Source: Methanotrichaceae archaeon (GTDB taxonomy: Archaea > Halobacteriota > Methanosarcinia > Methanotrichales > Methanotrichaceae). Taken from it: a stretch of 64,000 bases of DNA. A program made the position numbers and the translations under genes. The DNA is taken from the NCBI GenBank assembly GCA_963813075.1, contig CAWEXU010000013.1, positions 145,237-209,236 on the forward strand. The letters run 5' to 3'. The notes beneath the pieces are model-generated. The model was given only the letters and a program-made list of their open reading frames with translations, made no database searches and was not told the origin of the DNA. This document shows positions 9,286 to 18,584 of this stretch, one piece after another (the first letter of the stretch is position 1; each line of letters opens with the position of its first letter).

Positions 9286-12200
9286 CTATAAGGCCAGATC
9301 ATTTTTGGGCGCGGTCACGTTGCCGGTCAGCCGCTTGAATTCGACCGGAAGCTCTACCGCAGCTTCACCACCGACAGTAGTCTCCACGGCTGTGCCCGCT
9401 TTGATATGGCCCAAATCCAATCCATCGAGGTTTAACCCCAACTGCCCTTCCAGATCCGCTTTCAAGGTTCCGCTGCCGGTCACTTTCACGGTGATCTTGA
9501 TATCTTTGGCCACTTCTTCCGCCACGATGGTGATATTGATGGCCTTGCGGCCTTTGGTGATGGTCGCGACGATATTTGCTTCAATCGGCACTTCGCGCTT
9601 GGTCACGTGATTGCTGAGATCGATATTAAAGGCGGGATTGCCGGCAACGGATGGAATGCGCGCGATGGTATCCAGGGAAAGCGGAAGCCTGGTTCGAGTG
9701 CCCTTGATCTGGATGGTATACTCAGCGCCGGTTTGAATATTGACTTTGCCCGCGCCAACCCCACCGGCGGTCGAAGTAGTAAACGAATCGCCGATCGGCC
9801 CAATGAATTCTATGTTGAACACACCATTCAGCGGCCCGGAGATCGAATGCTTGAAGTTAATCGTCACCGTAACATCGCTGCCCGCCTTGCCTCCCTGCAT
9901 CTGCTGGATAGCCTTTTTCACGTTTTCGTTGTTGTCTTGCTTGGTGATGGTTCCCTTTACGGCCTGGTTCTCGGATACTTTTATCTGTTGCTGCGCTTCC
10001 GCTGGGGAAATCGTCTTTTGCGACGGCTGTTGTTGGGCTGGTTGGCTCACCACCACCGGCGTGTTGGCGTTTTTGCTCGCTTTATGCTGCTGCTGGATTT
10101 CCTTGGCTTTATTGGACGCTTGGTTAATGTCGACGGATTTGTCTGCCAGTTTTTCAAGCAGGTCTTCCACTTCTTTACTCACCGACATATCGCGGAAGAT
10201 GTCTGCTTTGCCCAGCAAGTTCAGCGCGCCCGCCATACCGGTTGGGTCGGGCAGATTTTGCGGCGCGACTATATTGACGATGGAAGCGGGCATCGGCGTA
10301 GGGGTCAGGTTCTGCGATACGTTGCGGGATTCGTTGATATTGAGGTTATCAATCCCCGGAGCCTCTTCCGTGATGGGTGAGGTCTGCCAATCCCAAAAAC
10401 GGGTGTCGTCAATTTCTTCACTGATATTGCAGTGCCCGAGTTTGCCTTCCGCAAATACCCCACGCGTGGGCAGGGTCATCAGTTTCTCGACCTTGATCGG
10501 CTGCAGGGCGTTCAGGTCTTCATTTTCCTGGAAAGATTTCCGCGCCGGAAAGACTACGTAGTCCCCCAGAACGTCGATCGCGCGATTATCTATCATATCG
10601 AGAATGGACGTGCCCGATGAGACCACATCCTTGAAGCGGTAAGCTCTTTCGTTGGGATCTTCCAGGAGCCACAGCGCTTTTTGATAGTGGAAGGCATTTG
10701 CCGATAGGTGGCTCTTCAGGTCGTTAATGCAGCAACGTTCTGCTTCGGTCAGAAGGTCAGCGGGATCCTTGGGGATCTCGCGATAGGGGATTAGGTTAAA
10801 CAGATGCTCTGCATCCACCGGGATATTGATCACATCCGTGCTTCTTACCATGACCCAGACCTTGTCGCCGCTGGTCGTCATTATTTGCACGCCCTCGATC
10901 TCCCATGGTTCAGATGGGCCGGATGAGCTGCCCTTATCCTGGCTGTTTACCCGCAGGATGATGCCATCGATATCGTTCCACAACACTTTACGGAAAGGCT
11001 CAACGTTGAAAACATTTTCCTGCCCGGCCTGCCGGTAATTGGCACTGACCAAATAGGTCGTGCCATCATCGACGAAATCTGGGAGAGATAAATCGGTATG
11101 AGCCAAACGAAACCCGCTTGCCCAGAGCGGGTCTTTTTCCAGGCAATTTATCCTCTCGCCGCTCTTTGTTTTCACCGCTACGGATGGGAAACCATGCGTT
11201 GCTGTCTTTGTTTTAATGACCAGTTTGATCGGGCCTAACTCGTTGACGTTATTCAAATCGGGCTGCAATGCCGCCTGGGCGGTTTTCCGGGCAAACTCAA
11301 GGGTAAAGCAGACCAGTTTTTGCACGGCATCGAAACAACCGGCGTAGCGCGAATCGAGCAGCACACTTTCCAGAATCTTGCGATATTTGTAGATAATATT
11401 GGTGTCCAAAAAATCCACAGGCAGGTACTGGACCAGCAAGGATGGCCTGAACCGCATATACTGGGTGGTGACCTTATAGTGCCGCAACACCTCGTAGTAC
11501 AGTATGGTCAGGGTGTGAGAATGGTTGTGGTTGGCTACCACCCTGGTTTCGGCTTTGGCCTGCTCCTGCTGATCCGATTGGACCACGATAGTGCTTCGTA
11601 GCTCTCGCACCGCAGAGCTGGCCTGAGCAAAGGCGTCCGAAATTTGCTGCGCAGTAGAAGCGTGGATATTCCGGTCGCCTGAGCTGGTGGAATAGCCGCC
11701 GCCAAGCGCGCCGGAAACTCCCATACCACCTCCTCCATACGAACCAGCTACCCCACCCATAAAGCTGCCGCCTCGCTGCCATTCGCGCAAGGCCGCATCC
11801 ACCGTTTCGGACACGCTGCGGTCGCGGTGCGTATTGTGCGCTAACTGCTCCTTCACGGTCAGGTCTTCATCCCTTGAATCGATCGATTTTCTCGCCCAAT
11901 CGATCACCGCCATTTTTCTCGTTTCTCCAGGCGCTAAAGGCAGGCTGTAGATAATTTGCCCCAACGTGTGCCCCAGCGGCTGCCAGGAAACCAGGTACTC
12001 TAGCGACCACCCCGTGCGAACCTCGGGTTTCACCAGAATCTTTTTTGTGATGACCTGATTGCCAACCTGGGATTCTTCGTCCCTCGTTTCTGCGGGGATG
12101 ATAATTTTGCTGCCGCGCAGGATCTGGAAGAAACGGAACTCGTGGGTAGCGAAATTGGCCGGATATAGATTTTCGCATCCGTCGACGCCGATAAAGAACG

Positions 12201-12960
12201 CCGGATTGACTGCGAAGGAACCGGGCGAAAGGTACCAGTCTTCCAGGCTGGGGTTCTGCATCGAAGGCAGGTTGACCGCCTCAAGGAAATGGTAATCCTC
12301 TGGGACGTCGAAGTGAACCTTGCCAAAAACCACGTTCGGGGTAAAGCGGGCCTGCTGGGAAACATCGATGATCATATCATCTTTGCCCAGCGGGTAGACG
12401 TTAAACGCAACGCTACTGGCGACAAACTCTTTGCTGCGGGTCAGCTCCTTGAATCGGGCCAGCGCATGGGTCAGGTCATACGACAGGTAGCCAGCCTGAT
12501 CGCTGGCCAATGTGCCCAGTGGATAGGTGTACAGTGTTATTTTGTTCGGCTGCGAGCTGGTGGGAACCTGAAAATGATCCAGCCGGTCTTTGACGATGTC
12601 TCTGACCAGGCGTTTCTTATTTTCCTCGGTTTCGGAATTGACCCAATTTCCCTGGATTTTTTCGAGGATGTCAATATAAAATGCTCGCTTGTCTGGAATA
12701 TTATTGAAATCCTCCTCTGTAACGCTGGCAGCAATGGCTTCATTAATCCACTGCAATAGATAGGTGCGGCTGGAATACCACTGGCGGATCGAAGATTCAT
12801 TCTCCAAAAATTCGATCGGCTCGTCGATGTTGTACGGCGGCTCTTCGGTGGTGATACTGATTTCGGCGTAGATAGGGATGTTTTTCAGTAAAACGCTGGT
12901 GGTTTTGGTAAATAAAACCAGGCTCAGGTGGGTTTGCGTGAACTCCGCAATCGTGGGCAT
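9286..12960 (-). CDS. Large (~1,224 aa) uncharacterised multidomain protein; possible pore-forming/toxin-like
   Basis: Uninterrupted ORF; GGAGG precedes ATG 12960 (MPTIAEF). Contains SLPLAPGE..IDW, a Gly/Ser-rich segment, VANHNHSHTLTILYYEVLRHY, a PLAT-like segment and LPTRGVFAEGKLGHCN..RFWDWQTSP. Function is inference. Confidence 0.85.
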   Translation of the reverse strand: MPTIAEFTQTHLSLVLFTKTTSVLLKNIPIYAEISITTEEPPYNIDEPIEFLENESSIRQWYSSRTYLLQWINEAIAASVTEEDFNNIPDKRAFYIDILEKIQGNWVNSETEENKKRLVRDIVKDRLDHFQVPTSSQPNKITLYTYPLGTLASDQAGYLSYDLTHALARFKELTRSKEFVASSVAFNVYPLGKDDMIIDVSQQARFTPNVVFGKVHFDVPEDYHFLEAVNLPSMQNPSLEDWYLSPGSFAVNPAFFIGVDGCENLYPANFATHEFRFFQILRGSKIIIPAETRDEESQVGNQVITKKILVKPEVRTGWSLEYLVSWQPLGHTLGQIIYSLPLAPGETRKMAVIDWARKSIDSRDEDLTVKEQLAHNTHRDRSVSETVDAALREWQRGGSFMGGVAGSYGGGGMGVSGALGGGYSTSSGDRNIHASTAQQISDAFAQASSAVRELRSTIVVQSDQQEQAKAETRVVANHNHSHTLTILYYEVLRHYKVTTQYMRFRPSLLVQYLPVDFLDTNIIYKYRKILESVLLDSRYAGCFDAVQKLVCFTLEFARKTAQAALQPDLNNVNELGPIKLVIKTKTATHGFPSVAVKTKSGERINCLEKDPLWASGFRLAHTDLSLPDFVDDGTTYLVSANYRQAGQENVFNVEPFRKVLWNDIDGIILRVNSQDKGSSSGPSEPWEIEGVQIMTTSGDKVWVMVRSTDVINIPVDAEHLFNLIPYREIPKDPADLLTEAERCCINDLKSHLSANAFHYQKALWLLEDPNERAYRFKDVVSSGTSILDMIDNRAIDVLGDYVVFPARKSFQENEDLNALQPIKVEKLMTLPTRGVFAEGKLGHCNISEEIDDTRFWDWQTSPITEEAPGIDNLNINESRNVSQNLTPTPMPASIVNIVAPQNLPDPTGMAGALNLLGKADIFRDMSVSKEVEDLLEKLADKSVDINQASNKAKEIQQQHKASKNANTPVVVSQPAQQQPSQKTISPAEAQQQIKVSENQAVKGTITKQDNNENVKKAIQQMQGGKAGSDVTVTINFKHSISGPLNGVFNIEFIGPIGDSFTTSTAGGVGAGKVNIQTGAEYTIQIKGTRTRLPLSLDTIARIPSVAGNPAFNIDLSNHVTKREVPIEANIVATITKGRKAINITIVAEEVAKDIKITVKVTGSGTLKADLEGQLGLNLDGLDLGHIKAGTAVETTVGGEAAVELPVEFKRLTGNVTAPKNDLAL

Positions 12961-13592
12961 ATAAGTTCCTCCATAGATATCGGTTGATTGAGGCTCTTCC
13001 AAAATTGCGTCATTTGACGTATTCAGACCACCATATGCAGTGGTTTCCCAAAGAATGTCACACATGATGCGCAATTTTGCAACTGGCCCGTTTTTCCAAT
13101 TTGTGTGATCACTTCCGTTGTCCGAACTTAGAGCAGACAGTTTTCTCTTGTCGAAGCCGAAGTTCGGCATGCTGCCGTAGTCCAAGCCTAAGCCGTCGTC
13201 TTTTTCCTAATTTCTTTTATTCCCTTTTCGCATGGCTATGGCGGTGGATGATCATTGTCAAACCCTCAGCGGCGCGGCGTCGCAGCATCTGCTGGAAGGT
13301 CTAGTGGGGATTCTGACCCTCAATACATCTACATTTGATACTATTCCATAGATTTAAAGCTATTTATAAGTATTTAAGAGGACTCCTATGAACCTACTTT
13401 CCTTAGCTATCGAAAAATTATATAATAATAAAACTATCCATTAAAATGAATTTGCTAACAGCTCGGGGCCTCCGAGATGCCCAGAGAGCTTCAGAAGTCC
13501 TGCAATAATAAAGTTAAATTTGATTGTCGGTATTTATAAGTAATATAAAAGCTATATAATGATTAATCAAGCAAAAGTTGTGGAGGCTACAT

Positions 13593-15548
13593 ATGACAAA
13601 TACGGCAATCAAGCTCATGGGGCTGATTGTTCTCTTATCCTGCAGCTGCCAGTCGGCTTATGGCATAAGCTTTGGGGCATCGAGCAATGGCGTATCGAAC
13701 CAGTTCGATGTACAGGCTGATGAATCATCCAGCATCAGCGGAAGTATACTACTGGACAACATGGGATTGGAGACAGTCTTTTCTGGAAGCAATATCAAGA
13801 AGTTCAACCATACTTATGAGTATCCCGATTCAGAAGGGAATAAGGCTATTTTATCGGTTGACCTGGAGAAGGCAAAGAAAGTTCATCTCTCCGTTTCTCC
13901 AGCCGTGGGCTTTGCCGAAGCCTCTGAGACCTTGAGCGTAAAGGATGCAGATTTGATAAAGGCTGGATCACAAGCCATTACCTCAGAGGGCGATAGCGCT
14001 AAGGTGGAACTGAAAATTATTGAAGGATCTCTTCAGGGATACGAGAACTATGCCAATGCTAACCTGATAAACGACTTTGGCGATAGGGTATTTGTCGCCT
14101 GGCAGAGGGCAGATATTGCTTCTGGAGAGATGGTTGAATCCAGCTCACAGGCCGCTTATGGCCCAGAAGACTCTTCCCTTCCACCTGTATCCCAGGTAAA
14201 TTCTAAGATGGTGGTGACAGACGGACAAATCAGTGATCTATTCAGTGAAGCGGGAAGACGTACGGCTTTCTATTCCTGGGATAATGAAAACAATAACGGG
14301 TTTAGTACCTATAATCAGATATATGCAAGCCAATCTGCAAGTGCCATAGGCGCAACCGCACGCATGGGTAAAAAGCCCTCAACAATTGCGATGGTCTTTA
14401 AATCAGAGACTTCCTCCATTGATTCAGAGGGGAATACTGCAGGACTAAGAACATCAGTGCTGGAGGGGACCATTAACAATTACAGCATTGAGGCCTATGT
14501 AGGTTCGCAAGTACGCTCAATTTTGTCCTCTGATGGTTCCTACAGCAATCATGAACTCGATAATTACACGTCTACATGGCAGAATACGGGCAATATATCT
14601 TCAAATGAATTCAAGACGCAAGTGATCGCTGCGGAAAAAGATAAAAATACCGCCATGCTGGAAACATCTTTAATAAACGGTACAGTCAACGGTTACAGCA
14701 ATGGAGCCGGTGCAGACTCAAGTTACCATTATAATTCTAACGGCTATTTTGAGGCCGCAAGAAATGCAAATGCAGATTGGTCTGCTGCGGATGCAGATGC
14801 AAGCGATTTTAAAACATTTATGTCCGCTGAGAACGCTGATGGTGATAGAGACATCCTAATGAATTCCTTGATTGATGGTGCATTCAATGATCTTTGGAGC
14901 AGCAGAATACAGGCATCCACTTATTCATATTTTAATCCGGAAGAGGGTTTCCATAAGCATAAAGAATTAAGCTCAGAGCAGATTATTGGAGCCTTAAACG
15001 CAGGCAGTCTCACAAGCTCTTTGATCGCTTCAGGTACAAATAAAAGCAAGTCGATAGCCAGTTTAAATGCATCGGATGCATATCTGGAGAACCTATATTC
15101 ACATAGCATAGTCTCAAATGATGACCCTTACGAAGTCCCAAATACTGAAACCTATAATCAAGCGGATTTTATCTCCGGAAGCCTGATAGAAGCATTGTCT
15201 TATTCTCGAGATCAGATGAACAATGCTACATATGCAGCCATGCGACTGGAGGGCACTGATGATGCAGATGGATCGACTGCAGTGTATCGCCAAATTGCCC
15301 TGACCGCTGGTCCAACTTTCGAGTACTATCCAATCACATTAAGCTGGATAATATCCGTAGAATCAGCTTCAGGAAACGGAACATTCTATGCTGGGGCCAC
15401 TGATGGAATGGCAACGAGGAAGCTTATGGTGAGCACAATCCTCGAAAACGAGACATTCACCACCTTCGGGAGAGTGAGAGACAGCAGTCCTGGCACTTAC
15501 TTTAGCATACCGGATACGGGGGTCGATCCATATAACTATATTTTTTAA
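13593..15548 (+). CDS. Secreted/cell-surface hypothetical protein, Ser/Ala/Asn-rich with degenerate internal repeats
   Basis: N-terminal signal-peptide-like segment; recurring (D/E)G(N/D)xA...G.(L/I/V)..Y modules. Confidence 0.8.
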   Translation: MTNTAIKLMGLIVLLSCSCQSAYGISFGASSNGVSNQFDVQADESSSISGSILLDNMGLETVFSGSNIKKFNHTYEYPDSEGNKAILSVDLEKAKKVHLSVSPAVGFAEASETLSVKDADLIKAGSQAITSEGDSAKVELKIIEGSLQGYENYANANLINDFGDRVFVAWQRADIASGEMVESSSQAAYGPEDSSLPPVSQVNSKMVVTDGQISDLFSEAGRRTAFYSWDNENNNGFSTYNQIYASQSASAIGATARMGKKPSTIAMVFKSETSSIDSEGNTAGLRTSVLEGTINNYSIEAYVGSQVRSILSSDGSYSNHELDNYTSTWQNTGNISSNEFKTQVIAAEKDKNTAMLETSLINGTVNGYSNGAGADSSYHYNSNGYFEAARNANADWSAADADASDFKTFMSAENADGDRDILMNSLIDGAFNDLWSSRIQASTYSYFNPEEGFHKHKELSSEQIIGALNAGSLTSSLIASGTNKSKSIASLNASDAYLENLYSHSIVSNDDPYEVPNTETYNQADFISGSLIEALSYSRDQMNNATYAAMRLEGTDDADGSTAVYRQIALTAGPTFEYYPITLSWIISVESASGNGTFYAGATDGMATRKLMVSTILENETFTTFGRVRDSSPGTYFSIPDTGVDPYNYIF

Positions 15549-15745
15549 ATTCGAAGCTCTTTTGGGCTTAAGGAAGTGGCATCGGGGCAGGGCAGGACAA
15601 TACAAATGGGAGGGTTGGGCAAAGTCGATTGAAAACCAGGTAGGAGGAAAAGATGGTCGTGATGGTTGTGGTCGACTTTCGCCCGCTCTATACTCGTCAT
15701 TCAACGATATATAAATCTATGGTACAGATCGAGCAAGACCATCAA

Positions 15746-16621
15746 CTAAACAACGCTGACAACTACAAACCCGATGACAAAAATCATGGTGGAGAGGTAC
15801 AGCTGGCGGATCCTCATCCTTCCTTCCTCCGCCCTCCGGCTCGCCATAAGCTTTGAGGCAAAGTAGAGGATGGCCAGGTCCATGGGCACAAAGACGAATA
15901 GCAGAGAGCTTCCAATCCAGCCCATCAGGAATGGAATCATGCTTATCAAGACAAATAGGGAGAACAGCAGGCCTGAAAGGCGCAGGGCGTTCTCCCTTCC
16001 GTATAGAAGGGCAATGCTCCGGGCTGATCGCTTGCGGTCACCCTCCATATCCATCGCTCCGCCCGCGATCTCCTCTCCCAGGTCGAAGACGAATACCAGA
16101 GCGGCAAAGGTCCAGAGCATGGGATTGTCCAGCCGGCCCACCGCCACTCCACCGAGGACGAAGAGCTGAGAAAGGCAGAAGGCCACCATCATGTTTCCAA
16201 AGAGGCCCGTCTCCTTGTACCGCCAGTTGTAGAGGTTGCTTACAATCCACATGACTAAAGCCAGAGCAAGGGCGATGGGGCCCAGAAGTCCCGCCGCTAC
16301 CAGGCCTGCTGCAGAAAAGAGCAATGCCAAAATCATGACCTCATTCGCTGATATCCTTCCGGATGGAAGGGGCCTGGTGGGATGATTCACCCGGTCCACC
16401 TCCAGATCGAAGTAGTCGTTGGTGATCATGGCAGTGCCGGAGATGAAAAAACCGACCAGAAAGCCCGGAATTGAGATGGATATGTCGGGCAGTGCCCCTG
16501 ATGCGATCACCTCGCCGACCACTACGCACACCCCTGCCGCAACCGGCAGCTCGGGCTTGACCAGATCGTGCAAGGCTATCGCTTTTGCTGCAACTCCAGT
16601 GCCAGGAGAATTGTCGCTCAT
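15746..16621 (-). CDS. UbiA-family prenyltransferase (digeranylgeranylglyceryl phosphate synthase-like)
   Basis: NDYFDLEVDRVNHPTRPLPSG and DMEGD motifs, multiple TM helices. Confidence 0.88.
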   Translation of the reverse strand: MSDNSPGTGVAAKAIALHDLVKPELPVAAGVCVVVGEVIASGALPDISISIPGFLVGFFISGTAMITNDYFDLEVDRVNHPTRPLPSGRISANEVMILALLFSAAGLVAAGLLGPIALALALVMWIVSNLYNWRYKETGLFGNMMVAFCLSQLFVLGGVAVGRLDNPMLWTFAALVFVFDLGEEIAGGAMDMEGDRKRSARSIALLYGRENALRLSGLLFSLFVLISMIPFLMGWIGSSLLFVFVPMDLAILYFASKLMASRRAEEGRMRIRQLYLSTMIFVIGFVVVSVV

Positions 16622-16853
16622 AGTCTTTCGTCTTTATTCCGGCTTAAGAGAGATCTAATGTACTATTATGATCAATACATATAAGTTTAGCTCATGGATC
16701 ATGCTCTTTTGATCTTGACTGTTCTGTCTAGGGGCGATACAAAAGGGAAAAGACCTTATCTTTTCGTTCGTTATTGCCGGTTCTCAGATGCAGAACCACC
16801 ATCCAGAGATGCCAGGGCAAAGAGATATATCCAATGAGCCTAATTATAATCCG

Positions 16854-17564
16854 ATGAAACGACTCAGGGCCTTCGTCTCCGGAAAGGTGCAGATGACTGG
16901 CTATCGGGCAAGGGTGGTAAATCTGGCAAATTTTCTCGGGCTGGTGGGATTTGTGCAGAACCTTCCTGATGGCAGGGTTAAGGTTGTTGCCGAAGGCGAG
17001 GAGTCCGTTCTTGAGCGTTTTCTTCACGATCTGCGGATCAATGATCCTCTGATCGATGTGCAGGATATTGAGGTTGATTACACCGGCGCTATGGGCGATT
17101 TCTTAAGATTTGAAAAGATGGTGGGAACTGGAGAAACTGATCAGCGCCTGGATAAGGCAGCAGAGCTGCTTAGCGAGCTGATTGTCGTTAACAAGCAAAT
17201 CGTAGGCCAATTGATCGTAAATAATGAGGTTCTAAAAGATGTCCGGGAAGAGGTCAAAGGATCTCGCGAGGACATAAGGGCCGTTTATGATGCGGTCAAA
17301 GGCGTTCATGAAGAGGTCAAAGGCGTCCGGGATGAGGTTAGAGGATCTCGAGAGGACATAAATAAAGTCTACGAATCCACCCAGGATATCGCCCAAAAGA
17401 TCACATCTTCCAGTGAATTGATCGCTGAGAAGATTGACGATGCCAGAGAGGAGATCATCAGCGAGGTCAAAGAGCTTCGCTCAGATCTGAAGGATGACCT
17501 GAAAGAGAGACTGGTCCGAATGGAAGCAGATGTCTCGCAGATAAAAGCCAGAATTGGTCTATAG
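16854..17564 (+). CDS. Acylphosphatase-domain protein fused to long coiled coil
   Basis: GKVQMTGYR, GFVQNLPDGRV, then heptads VREEVKG SREDIRA VYDAVKG VHEEVKG VRDEVRG SREDINK. Confidence 0.85.
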   Translation: MKRLRAFVSGKVQMTGYRARVVNLANFLGLVGFVQNLPDGRVKVVAEGEESVLERFLHDLRINDPLIDVQDIEVDYTGAMGDFLRFEKMVGTGETDQRLDKAAELLSELIVVNKQIVGQLIVNNEVLKDVREEVKGSREDIRAVYDAVKGVHEEVKGVRDEVRGSREDINKVYESTQDIAQKITSSSELIAEKIDDAREEIISEVKELRSDLKDDLKERLVRMEADVSQIKARIGL

Positions 17565-17645
17565 AGAGTTTGAGAATCTGCCTACCATGTCCTATTATTG
17601 AGGGATACAAGGCGTAAAAAAAAAGACTGGATTTCCCGAGTAGCC

Positions 17646-18395
17646 TCAGGAAACCGGCTCAGAGATCTGGTAGACAATGGAGATCGAGGCCTCCACAGTA
17701 ACATTTCTGGGCTGCAATGGTATTGAGATGCTGGAGATCGTATCTTCTGCCTCAAAAACCGCATACTCTGCAGCTGCTGCGTAAGATCTATAGCCCTGGT
17801 CGATATTCAGCACTCTGATGATCTGCACACCGGCAGACGAGGCGATGATATCTGCCTTATGCCTGGCATCGGCCACTGCTTTGGCCAGGGCTTCATCTCT
17901 ATACTGCTCTGAGTCCTTCAGGCTGTAGCTCACGCTCTTCACGCTGTTAGATCCGGCTTTTATGGCTGCTCCCAGGATCTTGCCCACATCTTCGCTGGCA
18001 TTCATGGTCACAGTGACCCTGCTGATGGCGGTATACTCCATTGGCTCTTCCACTCCGGCGATAGCTTTTATCAGCTCCTCAGATTCAGAGGGCATGGCGA
18101 GACTGTACCGGCTGGTCTCAACCTGATCCTCTCGCAAGCCTGCCGAGAGCAGTGCATTGATCGTCTGGTTCATGAGGATTGCATTCTCTGCAGCAGCGGC
18201 ATCAGAGCTGGTGTTCTTCGTCTCTACCCCCAGCACAATGGTCACCAAATCAGGAGGTACCGATACCTCGCCGCTTCCACTGACACTCAATTTTGGCACT
18301 ATTTCATTCGATGCCATCTCATCGGTCTGCGCATATCCGGGAATGGCCAGGACTATCAGCATCAGTCCCAGGAGTGCTATAATAGATTGTCTCAT
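17646..18395 (-). CDS. SIMPL/DUF541 domain protein
   Basis: Signal peptide, LSVSGSGEVSVPPD, ALAKAVADARHKADIIA. Confidence 0.88.
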   Translation of the reverse strand: MRQSIIALLGLMLIVLAIPGYAQTDEMASNEIVPKLSVSGSGEVSVPPDLVTIVLGVETKNTSSDAAAAENAILMNQTINALLSAGLREDQVETSRYSLAMPSESEELIKAIAGVEEPMEYTAISRVTVTMNASEDVGKILGAAIKAGSNSVKSVSYSLKDSEQYRDEALAKAVADARHKADIIASSAGVQIIRVLNIDQGYRSYAAAAEYAVFEAEDTISSISIPLQPRNVTVEASISIVYQISEPVS

Positions 18396-18584
18396 AGATA
18401 TCCCAACTAATATTCTGATTGAACACTATTAAGTATTATGGTATTTATTGATTCATATGGATTTTGTGAATCGATGCCTTCAGAAGTCAATCGTTCATGA
18501 TTTTGCCAGGGCAAAGGAGCTGATGGCCAAGTAAAGCAGTGTTATTGAGGATGTAAAAATATGGAAAATAAGGGTCAGTGCGTA

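Noticed and set aside
12961..13185. 75-codon N-terminal extension of the 1299-aa ORF
   Set aside because: A good SD precedes ATG 12960, so the extension is probably untranslated
13304..13320. GGGATTCTGACCC resembling the tRNA-Leu T-arm as a possible att site
   Set aside because: Only 11 of 13 bases match and no integrase is present; compatible with chance
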